A stretch of 64,000 nt of DNA from positions 380 through 64,379 of the forward strand of contig SXTU01000249.1 of assembly GCA_005791875.1 (NCBI GenBank), written 5' to 3'. Shown here piece by piece: positions 16,566 through 25,746 of the stretch. The DNA is from Verrucomicrobiales bacterium. GTDB lineage: Bacteria > Verrucomicrobiota > Verrucomicrobiia > Limisphaerales > SXTU01. Position 1 is the stretch's first letter; each line of letters starts with the position of its first letter. The position numbers were made by a program, and so were the translations under genes. Under the pieces are notes generated by a model that worked only from the letters and a program-made list of their open reading frames with translations, searched no databases and was not told where the DNA came from.

Positions 16566-18092
16566 TCAAAGCACCTTCACCACAATCGCCGTCACGTCGT
16601 CCTCCTGCTCGGTGCCTTTGCAAAAGTCGCGGACGGCGAGGTAGAGCGCGTCCACGATTTGCGTGGCGCTCCTGTCGCGGTTGGCTCGCAGCACGCTGAG
16701 CATCCGGTCGGTGCCAAACATTTCGTCGTCCGGGCCCATCGCCTCCTCGATGCCGTCGGTGAGCAGCAGCGCGATTTCGCCCGGTTGCAGTGTGATGGAC
16801 GGGGCATCGCGGTATTCCGTGTTAGGTCGCATGCCGAGCGGGACGCCAGTGCGGCGGAGTTCCATCCGCACGCTGCCATCGGGGGCGAGCAGGTAGCCGG
16901 GCGGATGGCCAGCGCTGACGTAGGTGAGGCGGCGGTGCGCGGCGTCCAGCCTGCCCAGGAAGAGCGTGACGAAGCGTTCGTCCCCGATGTCTTCAGCCAG
17001 CGCGAGGTTCGTGCGGGTGAGCACTTCGCTAGGGTCGGCGCGGTTCAGCGCGGCGATGCGCACGTAGGCGCGCGTCTCGGCCATCAGCAGCGCGGGACCA
17101 ATGCCATGTCCGGTCACATCGCCGACCACGAGGCCGAGGCCATTGTCGGCCATCGGGATGAAGTCGAAGTAGTCTCCGCCCGCCGCCGCCGCCGGGAAGG
17201 ACGCGCCCGCGATGTCGAAGCCCGGCAAGTTCGGCGGTGCTTTCGGAAACAGATGCTGCTGAATCTCGCGCGCGACGCGGAACTGCTCGGCGTGCTCCAG
17301 CAACTCGCGGCGGTTGCGCTCGCGCTCGGTGATGTCGCGGATGAAGGCGACGAAGAGCCGCTGGCCACCCAGCTCAATGTCGTTGAACGCGAGTTCGAGC
17401 AGGACTTCGGAGCCGTCCTTCTTGAGGCCGGCGGTTTCCAGCGTGCGGCGCTGCGCGGTGGTGACGACGTGGCCTTGCTTTTGGAACGTCGTGTCCGAGG
17501 TCGCGCGAAGTTTCTCCGGCAGGAGCACGGCGAAGTTTTTCCCGACCAGCTCAGTCGGTGCGTAGCCGAAGATGCCTTGGACCGCTGGGTTCGCGAAGAG
17601 GATGTCGCTCTTCGTGTTCATCAGCAGGATGGCGTCGGTGGCGGTTTCCCAAAGCAGGCGGTAGCGCTGCTCGCTCTCGCGGACCTCGGCCTCGGCCTTG
17701 TGGCGGCCCTTGCGGACGGCGGCGTCGCGCAACTCGCGCTCCACCGCCGGCACGAGGCGCGCCAGGTTACCCTTCATCAGATAGTCGTTCGCGCCGGACT
17801 TCATCGCGGCGACCGCGATATCCTCGCCGATGCCACCGGAGACGATGATGAACGGGAGGTCGAGCTTCGTTGCCTGAAGGAGCTGGAGCGCGAGCGTGGC
17901 GTTGAAGCCAGGAAGGTTGTAGTCGGAGAGGACGAGGTCCCACTGCTTGTCCGAAAGCGCGCGCGCCATGTCGTCGGCGGTCTGGACGCGCTCGTAGGTC
18001 GTCGCGTAGCCGCCCCGGTCGAGCAAGCGGACCAGCATCTTGGCGTCGAACTCGGAATCCTCGACCACGAGGACGCGCAAGGGCTGTTTCAT
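16566..18092 (-). CDS. response regulator receiver - PAS - PP2C/SpoIIE phosphatase fusion
   Basis: 508 aa. Receiver (VLVVEDSEFD, LVLSDYNLPG), PAS-like middle, PP2C (VVGDVTGHGIGPALLMA, LLTDGIEEA). Confidence 0.88.
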   Translation of the reverse strand: MKQPLRVLVVEDSEFDAKMLVRLLDRGGYATTYERVQTADDMARALSDKQWDLVLSDYNLPGFNATLALQLLQATKLDLPFIIVSGGIGEDIAVAAMKSGANDYLMKGNLARLVPAVERELRDAAVRKGRHKAEAEVRESEQRYRLLWETATDAILLMNTKSDILFANPAVQGIFGYAPTELVGKNFAVLLPEKLRATSDTTFQKQGHVVTTAQRRTLETAGLKKDGSEVLLELAFNDIELGGQRLFVAFIRDITERERNRRELLEHAEQFRVAREIQQHLFPKAPPNLPGFDIAGASFPAAAAGGDYFDFIPMADNGLGLVVGDVTGHGIGPALLMAETRAYVRIAALNRADPSEVLTRTNLALAEDIGDERFVTLFLGRLDAAHRRLTYVSAGHPPGYLLAPDGSVRMELRRTGVPLGMRPNTEYRDAPSITLQPGEIALLLTDGIEEAMGPDDEMFGTDRMLSVLRANRDRSATQIVDALYLAVRDFCKGTEQEDDVTAIVVKVL

Positions 18093-18112
18093 GGCACGAG
18101 CGTAGGGGAAAC

Positions 18113-18916
18113 TCAGCCGCCTAACAACTCCCGCGCTTTGGCCGCGAGGTCGGCTTCGCGCATGAGCGACTCGCCCACGAGGATGGCGCGCGCGCCCGCA
18201 CGCTTCAGACGCAGCACGTCTGCGCGCGTGTGGATGCCACTCTCAGCGACGAGCAATGCGGCGTGGTGGGTGCCGAGGCCGGAGAAGAGCCGCGTGGCGA
18301 TGCGCTCGGTGGTGGCCATGTCCACGGTGAAGGATTTCAAGTCGCGGTTATTCACACCGATGAGGGTCGCGCCGGCGGCGAGGGCGCGCTCCAACTCGGC
18401 CTCGTCATGCACTTCCACCAGCGTGGCCAGCCCGACCTCGGTGGCGAGTTGGTGGAACTCGCGGAGCTGACGGTCATCGAGAATCGCGACGATGAGCAGG
18501 ATGGCGTCCGCGCCCCACTGGACGGCCTCGCGGATTTGGCGGGCATCAATGATGAAGTCCTTGCGCAGCAGCGGCAGGTCCACGGCGGCGCGGATGGCGG
18601 CGAGGTAGTCCAGCGAGCCTTGGAAGAACTTCTCGTCCGTCAGCACGGAGAGGCAACTCGCGCCGACGGCCTGATACTCCAAGGCAATCTTCACCGGGTC
18701 GAAGTCCGCGCGGATGACGCCCTTGGACGGCGAGGCTTTCTTCACCTCAGCGATGAGCGCGATGTCGCCGCGCCTTGGCTGGCGGAGGGCACCGAAGAAG
18801 TCGCGGAGGCCACGCTGCTTCAACGCCGCACGCAACTCAGCGGCTGTCACCGGCTCGTTCGGGAGCCTGGCGATTTCGAGCCCCTTCTGGGCGACGATGG
18901 TGTCGAGGATGGACAA
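18113..18916 (-). CDS. trpC: indole-3-glycerol phosphate synthase
   Basis: 267 aa. IAEVKKASPSKG, LRKDFIID and GVNNRDL motifs. TTG start. Confidence 0.92.
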   Translation of the reverse strand: MSILDTIVAQKGLEIARLPNEPVTAAELRAALKQRGLRDFFGALRQPRRGDIALIAEVKKASPSKGVIRADFDPVKIALEYQAVGASCLSVLTDEKFFQGSLDYLAAIRAAVDLPLLRKDFIIDARQIREAVQWGADAILLIVAILDDRQLREFHQLATEVGLATLVEVHDEAELERALAAGATLIGVNNRDLKSFTVDMATTERIATRLFSGLGTHHAALLVAESGIHTRADVLRLKRAGARAILVGESLMREADLAAKARELLGG

Positions 18917-18920
18917 GGAG

Positions 18921-19010
18921 ATTAGTAATTAGTGATTAGTAGTTAGTGATTAGTAGCGAGGGGACGCGTCCGGTGCCAGCGCGGACTAATTACTAATCAC
19001 TAAATACTTT
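18921..19010. repeat. heptamer-arm inverted repeat (unit ATTAGTG / CACTAAT)
   Basis: attagta attagtg attagta gttagtg attagta g ... GC-rich loop containing palindrome ggacgcgtcc ... actaattactaatcactaaatacttt. Lies between the prfB stop and the trpC start. Confidence 0.8.
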
Positions 19011-20154
19011 CTACTCCCCCTCATCCTGCACGCCCTGCATCCGCTTCGCCGGGCAGCCGGCGCGGAGCCAGGCATTCACGTAGTCGTCGAGCGCGCCGTC
19101 CATCACGGCCTGCACGTTGCTGGTCTGCACGCCGGTGCGGAGATCCTTCACCATGCGGTAGGGTTGGAAGACGTAGCTGCGAATCTGCTGGCCGAAGCCA
19201 ATCGCGCCCTTCTCGCCGTAGAAGCGCTCCATTTCGGATTTCTGCTGGTCCTCGCGGAGCGCGTAGAGCTTGGCCAGCAGCATCTTCATGCACGTCGCGC
19301 GGTTCTGGTGCTGTGAGCGCTGGCCTTGGGACGCGACGACGATGCCCGTGGGCATGTGCGTGATGCGGACGGCGGTCTCGACCTTGTTCACGTTCTGCCC
19401 GCCCTTGCCGCCGGAACGGAAGGTGTCGGTCTTCAGGTCAATCGGGTTGACGACGATGTCGCCCGCCTCCTCAATCTCCGCGATGACGTCCACGCTGGCG
19501 AAGCTGGTGTGGCGGCGGCCGTTCGAGTCGAAGGGCGAGATGCGGACGAGCCGATGGACGCCGCGCTCGGCCTTGGCGAAGCCGTAGGCGTTTTCGCCCT
19601 CGATGGTCATCGTCGCACTCTTCACCCCGGCGACTTCGCCCTGAAGAATGTCAGTGACTTCCACCTTCCAGCCGCGCAGTTCGGCCCAGCGCTGATACAT
19701 GCGGAGCAGCATGTTCGCCCAGTCCTGCGCCTCGGTGCCGCCCGCGCCGGCGTTGATGGAGAGAATGCAGCCGTTCTTGTCGTGCGGGCCTTTGAGAAGA
19801 AAGCTCAGTTCCAGCGCGTCGAGTTCCTTGACGAACTTGTCCAGGTCGCGCGTGAGCTCGCGGAGGACGAGCGACTGCGCATCGAGGGGTTCGGCCTCGC
19901 CCAGTTCGACCATCATGCGGGAGTCTTCGAGCTGCTTCTCGGCGGCGAGGAGTGGGTCGAGCTTCTTGCGGAGGCCATTCGCCTCATCAATGGCCTTTTG
20001 CGCCTGCTCGCGGTTGTTCCAGAACGACTCCTGCGCCATCACGGAGTCCAGCTCCGCTATTCGTTTCTGCGTGCCGGGCAAGTCAAAGAAACCTCCGTAA
20101 CTGCGCGAGCTTCTCGGCGGTGGCGACTAACTGGACTTTCACTAGGTCGAACAT
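19011..20154 (-). CDS. prfB: peptide chain release factor 2, requires programmed +1 frameshift
   Basis: Frame 0 runs ATG 20154 to CTT 20086 ([23 protein letters not shown]), then TGA at 20085-20083. The +1 frame from GAC 20084 continues [13 protein letters not shown]... to 19011. SD-like GGAGG lies 3 nt before CTT TGA C. GGQ motif is present ([11 protein letters not shown]). Confidence 0.93.
20082..20097 (-). promoter_or_regulatory. prfB: prfB +1 programmed frameshift site
   Basis: Minus strand reads CGGAGG TTT CTT TGA C: internal SD-like GGAGG, 3-nt spacer, slippery CTT, in-frame TGA followed by C. Confidence 0.9.
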
Positions 20155-20170
20155 CGGACGGGAGCGTAGA

Positions 20171-20243
20171 GGGAAAGTGGGAAGGCGGGAAAGTGAGAAA
20201 GTGAGCGGGGCAAAAGGCTCTCGCACTTTCTCGCTTTCTCACC
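20171..20243. repeat. heptamer-arm inverted repeat (unit GAAAGTG / CACTTTC) in a divergent promoter region
   Basis: gggaaagtgggaaggcgggaaagtgagaaagtgagcg ... tcgcactttctcgctttctcacc. Both flanking genes (prfB and the VOC gene) point away from it. Confidence 0.8.
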
Positions 20244-20324
20244 TGCTCGGACCAGGACTGTGGCTGCGCACAGCGAAGTTTTCCGGTTGCGCATTCGTTC
20301 CGGCTCCTCCGAAATCTCCGCGGC

Positions 20325-20729
20325 ATGAGCGAACTCAAATTCTCCGTCGAGCACATCGGCCTGCCCGCGCGCGACACCGTTGCCCTCAAGGACTGGTATG
20401 TGCGCGTGTTGGGCGCGAAACTGCGCTTCGACAACGGCCAGACGCCGCCCGCCTTCTTCCTCGAACTCGGTGGCGGCTTGATGATCGAGATCTATGGCGC
20501 GACCGCCTCGGTCAAGGACACCTCTAACAATAGTGTCGCCGGTTGGCGGCACCTCGCGATGCGGGTGGACTCCATCGAGGCTGCGCAGGCGGATCTTGCG
20601 CGGCGCGGCGTGGTCTGCACCGAGCAGCCCAAGCCGGCGGGCGGTGGCGGACGAGTGTTGTTCTTCGCGGATGCGGAGGGGAATCTGCTCCACCTCGTCG
20701 AGCGGCCGAAGGAGTCGGTGTTTCATTGA
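20325..20729 (+). CDS. VOC family (glyoxalase/bleomycin-resistance fold) protein
   Basis: 134 aa. HIGLPARD ... FFADAEGNLLHLVE pattern typical of glyoxalase-I-like proteins. Confidence 0.75.
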   Translation: MSELKFSVEHIGLPARDTVALKDWYVRVLGAKLRFDNGQTPPAFFLELGGGLMIEIYGATASVKDTSNNSVAGWRHLAMRVDSIEAAQADLARRGVVCTEQPKPAGGGGRVLFFADAEGNLLHLVERPKESVFH

Positions 20730-20735
20730 GCGGCA

Positions 20736-20829
20736 GGGAGCAGGATTAGGATCAGGATCACGAGCGGGAGAAAACACTGCTTGCCGTCCCACCGCCTCCT
20801 GCTCCAAATCCTGATCTTGATCCTGCTCC
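20736..20829. repeat. short-unit inverted repeat (unit AGGATC / GATCCT, 6-7 nt)
   Basis: gggagcaggattaggatcaggatca ... cctcctgctccaaatcctgatcttgatcctgctcc, an approx. 22-bp stem with 2 mismatches, between the VOC and HAD genes. Confidence 0.8.
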
Positions 20830-20852
20830 GTTCCCCATCTCCAATCCCCCAG

Positions 20853-21503
20853 ATGCCAGACCCCAAATTCTCCGCCGTCATCTTCGACATGGACGGAGTC
20901 ATCATTGACAGCGAGCCGCGCCACGAGCGCGCCTTCCTCGACGTGTTCGAGCAGATGGGCTACGGCCAGACGCACGGCATCCGTTTCGAGCAATACCTTG
21001 GCCGCTCCGACCGCGCCCTGTGGCTGGACTTCGTCGCGATGCACAACCCGAAGTGGACGCTGGACGAGCTTACCGCATGGAAACAAAACCATGTCATCGA
21101 GATCATCCGCCGCGAGCAGCCCATCTTCGACGGCCTGCCGGAACTCGTCGCGAAGGTCGCGCCGCACTACCGGCTCGCGGTTGCGTCTGGCTCGGTGCAT
21201 CCGGTGATTGATGAAGTGCTGGCAATGAAGTCGCTGCGGCAGTTCTTCCCCGTCGTGGTCAGCGTGCAGGATGTGGCGAAGGGCAAACCCGCGCCCGACA
21301 TCTTCCTGCGCGCGGCGGAGCTGCTCGAAGTCGAGCCGGCGACGTGCTGCGTAATCGAGGACTCAGCGGCGGGCGTCACCGCTGCGCGCGCGGCGGGCAT
21401 GACGGCGATTGCGATCACGAACACGCTGCCCGCAGAGCAGCTCACGCACGCGAGCCACGTCGTGCGGACTTACGAGGAGATCGAGCGGCTGCTGCTGGCG
21501 TGA
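20853..21503 (+). CDS. HAD-IA family hydrolase (beta-phosphoglucomutase-like)
   Basis: Start at MPDPKFSAVIFDMDGVIIDSEP (DxDG motif), with a later KGKPAPDIF motif. The ORF extension to 20781 is encoded by a hairpin arm. Confidence 0.85.
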   Translation: MPDPKFSAVIFDMDGVIIDSEPRHERAFLDVFEQMGYGQTHGIRFEQYLGRSDRALWLDFVAMHNPKWTLDELTAWKQNHVIEIIRREQPIFDGLPELVAKVAPHYRLAVASGSVHPVIDEVLAMKSLRQFFPVVVSVQDVAKGKPAPDIFLRAAELLEVEPATCCVIEDSAAGVTAARAAGMTAIAITNTLPAEQLTHASHVVRTYEEIERLLLA

Positions 21504-21525
21504 CGGGGACACTCCTGTCCCTAAG
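21501..21525. repeat. REP family E copy, likely bidirectional terminator
   Basis: tgacggggacactcctgtccctaag. The HAD gene stop TGA (21501-21503) is its first 3 nt. Lies between convergent genes. Confidence 0.8.
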
Positions 21526-21580
21526 TCGGCGAACCTCCGGCCGCGCCACGGCGGACAAGCGCGCCCCCTTTCCGCCGCGC

Positions 21581-22006
21581 TCACACATCAATCACCGGCC
21601 CGTCGCCGCCGCCGGTGGGTTTGTTTCCCGGAGCAGGGCGTCGCACGCGCACGCGGCTTTCGCCCGAGCCGGTCAGCGTGTTGAGCACCAGCGACACGAT
21701 GCTGATGACCAGCGCGCCCCAGAACGCAGGCCAGAATCCGTCCACATGGAAACCCTTCACCAGCGAGCCGACGAGGTAGAGCAGCGCCGCATTGATGAAG
21801 AGCACGAACAACCCGAGCGTGACCACCACGAGCGGCAGCGTGAGCAGAAAAAGCAGCGGCCGCAGGAAGGTGATGAGGATGCCGAACAGCAGCGACGCGA
21901 CGAAGAGGCTCGAGACGGTGTCGTAGTGGATGCCGCCGACGACATGAGTCGCGACCAGAACGGCGAGCGTGTTGATGATCCAGCGCTGGAGGAAAATCAC
22001 CGCCAT
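21581..22006 (-). CDS. phage holin family (YvlD/PF04020-like) 4-TM membrane protein
   Basis: Start MAVIFLQRWIINTLAVLVATHVV (cat 22004-22006). Four hydrophobic helices and a Gly/Pro-rich tail. Confidence 0.7.
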   Translation of the reverse strand: MAVIFLQRWIINTLAVLVATHVVGGIHYDTVSSLFVASLLFGILITFLRPLLFLLTLPLVVVTLGLFVLFINAALLYLVGSLVKGFHVDGFWPAFWGALVISIVSLVLNTLTGSGESRVRVRRPAPGNKPTGGGDGPVIDV

Positions 22007-22107
22007 CGGGCGGCGCTCGCCCTCCCGCCTGCCCTGCTGCTCTTGCTGTGAACCGGTTCGCACGCGCGGAACATGGTGGCCGGGTCTGGAATGCGCAAGC
22101 AACGGAT

Positions 22108-22180
22108 GGGGCCGGCGACTTGCAGTCGCCGTCTTGTGCAGCCGGATCGTCAACGCGGCGACTGCAAGTCGCCGGCACGC
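22108..22180. repeat. REP family C doublet
   Basis: ggggccggcgacttgcagtcgccgtcttgtg and caacgcggcgactgcaagtcgccggcacgc, between the holin-family and PmoA-like genes. Confidence 0.8.
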
Positions 22181-22186
22181 TGGCTC

Positions 22187-23218
22187 CTACCTCTTCTTCC
22201 CGCTCAGGTCCGGCAGCTCCGTCTTCGCGAAGGCTTCCCACTGCTTCTGCAACTTCTCCCGCGCCGGCACTCCGGCATGGACGTAAACGGCGTAGCGCAG
22301 TTGCAGCGGCGTGCCCGGCTCGACCACGCGCGCCGCGTCGTGCGTGAAGGACGCTCCCATCCAGCCGTCGCTGCGAACGTGGAAGAACGTGGGGTGGTTC
22401 GGATTCGTCGGATGATCGAGCAGCGTCGCGCCCTCGTTCTTGCCCGGCAGAATCGGCCCGGAGTAATCGCACCAGCGCGCGCGTTTCCAGAAGCAGCCAT
22501 TGTCGCCCTGCTCGTCCACGTTGCCCTCGGAGTTACGGATCGTGCCGCCGCCGTCCGCAATGCCGACGGTCTTCGCCATCCGCACGCCGACGAGGCCGAA
22601 GGGAGTTTTGCCGAACGTGACTGCCGATCCCTTCGCCTCGAAGCGCAGGTCCATCACGAGCAACGACTCGCCGCCCGGCAGCAGTTCGAGGCTCACGCGC
22701 CGGCGCTCTTCCAGCAGCACCTTGCCGTTCTTGTCCAGCCAGTGGTTGAAGATCGTCGCCGCCGCGCCGACGTCGCTGTCGTCGAGTTTCTCCAGGCGCT
22801 GGCCGATGATGCGGCCCTGGTTCGTCCCGCGATCGGCCCAGAAGCTCCAGCCGTTCACGTCGTTGTGAGAAACCCAGATCGAGTTGTGATGGCTGTGGCC
22901 CACCGGGTCGTGCGGATGCCCCATGCGCGTGACCGAGCGGCCCGAGGGACCGATGAGCGGGAAGACGAACGGACGGTTCAGCCCCGGCCCGAAATGCAGC
23001 CGCGCCAGCTCGGTGCCGTCGCGCTGGAAGGAGACTTGTTCGTAAGGCTGCGGCAGCGCCTGCACGAGCGGGATGGGCCTGGCCTTCGGAAGGGGAACTT
23101 GCGCTGACAGTGGCAACGCGACGGCAACGACAGCAAGCAGGCGGAGGCAGAGCATGACCGCAGCAAACACAAACCGCCGCGCAGCGTAAAGCGCTGACTC
23201 AGTCCCGACGGCGCTCAC
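22187..23218 (-). CDS. PmoA-family (DUF6807-like) secreted protein
   Basis: 343 aa. GTG start overlaps the upstream stop by 4 nt, with a possible Tat-like AARRFVFAA leader (alternative ATG at 23155). HPHDPVGHSHHNSIW and LDHPTNPNHPTFFHVR blocks are recalled from PF14100-type proteins. Confidence 0.65.
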   Translation of the reverse strand: MSAVGTESALYAARRFVFAAVMLCLRLLAVVAVALPLSAQVPLPKARPIPLVQALPQPYEQVSFQRDGTELARLHFGPGLNRPFVFPLIGPSGRSVTRMGHPHDPVGHSHHNSIWVSHNDVNGWSFWADRGTNQGRIIGQRLEKLDDSDVGAAATIFNHWLDKNGKVLLEERRRVSLELLPGGESLLVMDLRFEAKGSAVTFGKTPFGLVGVRMAKTVGIADGGGTIRNSEGNVDEQGDNGCFWKRARWCDYSGPILPGKNEGATLLDHPTNPNHPTFFHVRSDGWMGASFTHDAARVVEPGTPLQLRYAVYVHAGVPAREKLQKQWEAFAKTELPDLSGKKR

Positions 23219-24729
23219 GACTTGAATGCGTCGCGCGTGCGCTGCACGAGCCTGCTGTCCGCGGCGGCGGAACCTTTCAGCCAGCCGACGCTCGCGGCGA
23301 GGCAGCGGTCGCGCAGCTTGGGCGAGACGTGGAAGTAATCCTCCAGCGTCGCCTCGCTGAACTTGTAGTCGTGCGAGTCCGTGCCCTTGAGATAGATGAG
23401 CCGCCGAGCGGCCGCGATGAAGGCCTGCGGGTCGCCGCCCGCGCGCAAATAGCCGAGCGCCTTGCTCGCGGCCGCAGTCTTGTCGCCGCTGACAGCGGTG
23501 AAGACTTCGACGAGCGCGTCAACTCCGGCCGCTTTCGGCGCGACTGCCGCGAGTTCATCCAATGGCAACTGCCTCGCGCCCTTCATTCGCTCGCGGAACA
23601 TCGGCAGGAACGCGGCGGCTTGCAGCAGCATCCAGCGGCGCGTCTCGTCGTTGCCGCTCTGCTGGAAGGCGTAGTGCAGCGCGTTGGCGCTCGTCACCGA
23701 GTGCAGCGAGATGATGGCGGGCTGGCGGATAAGCAACTCGCTGGCGGCTTGGAAGACCGCGTCCCACACCGACGCGGGCGACACGCCGCGATTGAGCAGC
23801 GCGACGACTTGGTCTGCGGCTTCCGCGTCGCTGGCTTGGCGAAATGACTTGAGCAAATCCGTCGCGGCATCGGCGTCCGGTTTTCCCGCGAGCCACTCGG
23901 GGCGAATCTTCGCGGCCAGCTCGCGGTTGCGGCGGCCGGCGCGGTCGGGTGCGCCATCGCGCTTGGCGGGATTGCTTTCCTCATGCTCCAGCAGCGCGTA
24001 GGCGAGCGAGCGCAGCACCGGCTCGGCGTGCTGCCAGCCGATGTTCTGGAGCGTGCGCCAACTGTTCGCCACGTAGATCGCCTTGTGCCCGATGTCGCGG
24101 AAGTCGCGCGCGCCATAACGGGCGAACAGCTCGAAAACTTCCTGCGCGCCCGCACTGCGCGCCAGCCCGGCGACCGCTGTGTCCGCCGCCATCACGTCCC
24201 AGTTGTCCATCGCCTCGGTGAACGCTGCCTTCGCACGGTGCGCGGGCGGCACGGTGGCTTCGGCCACGTTGGACATCGTCCAGTTGCCTTCCTGGGCGTT
24301 GCGAGCCTGCGAGCCTTTGAACTGGTCGAGCGCCCAGAAGATCGGCAGCCAACGATCGGAGTCCGGCGCGTTGAGGCTGGCGAGGTGGGCGGAGTTCACG
24401 ACGAGCACAGCGTGGAACTTGAAGCCCACCGGTCGCGGCTGGATGCTGCGCACGCCCGCGAGTTGGACTGCGGCGAGAACCTCACGATACCTCGTCCCAC
24501 GCCGAACCCGCGCCGCGAACTCCTCGATCACGCGCTCGCGCGGTGTCTCTTCGAGCAAGCGAACGAGTGGCTCGATCTCCGCGTGGAGACGGACACGGTC
24601 AGCCGGCAGCTTCGCCTCGGCTGCGGTGACGGGCGCGAGCTGGTCAAGGAATCCGAGGCCACCAAGGCCAAGCGCGGCGGTGGCGGTCGAGGACTTCAGG
24701 AAGTGGCGACGAGAGGCGGGCTGGTTCAT
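23215..24729 (-). CDS. Tat-exported protein of unknown function
   Basis: Start MNQPASRRHFLKSSTATAALGLGG (cat 24727-24729). 504 aa, helical, no motif I can name. Confidence 0.7.
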   Translation of the reverse strand: MNQPASRRHFLKSSTATAALGLGGLGFLDQLAPVTAAEAKLPADRVRLHAEIEPLVRLLEETPRERVIEEFAARVRRGTRYREVLAAVQLAGVRSIQPRPVGFKFHAVLVVNSAHLASLNAPDSDRWLPIFWALDQFKGSQARNAQEGNWTMSNVAEATVPPAHRAKAAFTEAMDNWDVMAADTAVAGLARSAGAQEVFELFARYGARDFRDIGHKAIYVANSWRTLQNIGWQHAEPVLRSLAYALLEHEESNPAKRDGAPDRAGRRNRELAAKIRPEWLAGKPDADAATDLLKSFRQASDAEAADQVVALLNRGVSPASVWDAVFQAASELLIRQPAIISLHSVTSANALHYAFQQSGNDETRRWMLLQAAAFLPMFRERMKGARQLPLDELAAVAPKAAGVDALVEVFTAVSGDKTAAASKALGYLRAGGDPQAFIAAARRLIYLKGTDSHDYKFSEATLEDYFHVSPKLRDRCLAASVGWLKGSAAADSRLVQRTRDAFKS

Positions 24730-24843
24730 GACGGGCGCGGGCTGGAGTTTTTGGAACTGCGGCACGCTCGCGCAATCATCGGCGGCACGCAAGCCGGTGG
24801 CGGCAGGTGTCCGCCCGGCTCAGTTGCAATCACGCCATCCGGC

Positions 24844-25701
24844 TCAGAACTTCACGCGTTCCAAATACCTCAGCGTCTGCGGCACCTGCTCGACGACTGT
24901 CGGGGACTCGTCCTCGATGAAGTAGTATTTCACGCCGCTTTCCTTCGCGGCCTTGAGGATGGCGGGCCAGTTCATCTGGCCGGTGCCCAGCGGCACGTCG
25001 TTGGTCACGTCGGTCTTGCCGGAGAGGTCGCCGGTCGCCACGCCCTTCTTCAAGTCCTTGAGGTGCATCAGCTCCCAGCGGCCGGGATACTTCTTGAGCC
25101 ACTTCACCGGGTCTTCGCCCGGGAAGACCACCCAGAGCACGTCCATCTGAAAACTCACATGCTTGGGGTTGGTCTCCTTGATCAGGAGGTCCATGAGCGT
25201 GCCGTCGCCGTGCTTGTGAAACTCGAAGCCGTGCGCGTGGTAGAAGACTTTGATGCCCAGTTTCGCGCCGAGTTCGCCGGCCTTGTTGAAGACGGCGATG
25301 GCGTCGCGCGTGGCGGCCTCGCTGAATGGAGCCTTGTGCGTGATCCACGCGCAGCCCGCGTATTGCAGGCCGATGGCTTGGGCCTCGGCGAGGACTTTCT
25401 CCGGCTCGCTTTTCCAGCGGTCGTAGGGGAAATGGCCGCTGATCGGCTTCAGGCCGTGCTCGGCGAGGAGCGCCTTGAACTTCTCCGGCGGCAGGTTGTA
25501 GGTGCCGGCAGTCTCGACGAGCGTGAGGCCGAAGTCCTTGGTTTGGGTGAGCGCCTTGGGCGGGTTCTGCGTGGCGATCCCGCGCAGGCTGTAGAGCTGG
25601 AGGCCGACGGGGCCTTTGAAGCTCGCACCCGTGTCGGTGTCAGCGGCGTTGGCGGCGAGGCTGAGAAGCGCGGCGAGCGCGCAGGGGAGGATGTGTTTCA
25701 T
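24844..25701 (-). CDS. sugar phosphate isomerase/epimerase (xylose-isomerase-like TIM barrel), secreted
   Basis: 285 aa. Signal peptide MKHILPCALAALLSLAANA. Typical YSLR..., HAHGFEFH and IEDES blocks. Confidence 0.8.
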   Translation of the reverse strand: MKHILPCALAALLSLAANAADTDTGASFKGPVGLQLYSLRGIATQNPPKALTQTKDFGLTLVETAGTYNLPPEKFKALLAEHGLKPISGHFPYDRWKSEPEKVLAEAQAIGLQYAGCAWITHKAPFSEAATRDAIAVFNKAGELGAKLGIKVFYHAHGFEFHKHGDGTLMDLLIKETNPKHVSFQMDVLWVVFPGEDPVKWLKKYPGRWELMHLKDLKKGVATGDLSGKTDVTNDVPLGTGQMNWPAILKAAKESGVKYYFIEDESPTVVEQVPQTLRYLERVKF

Positions 25702-25746
25702 CCGCCTCGTATAGCGGGAGGCGCGGGGGAGTGGAAGCGCGTTTCC

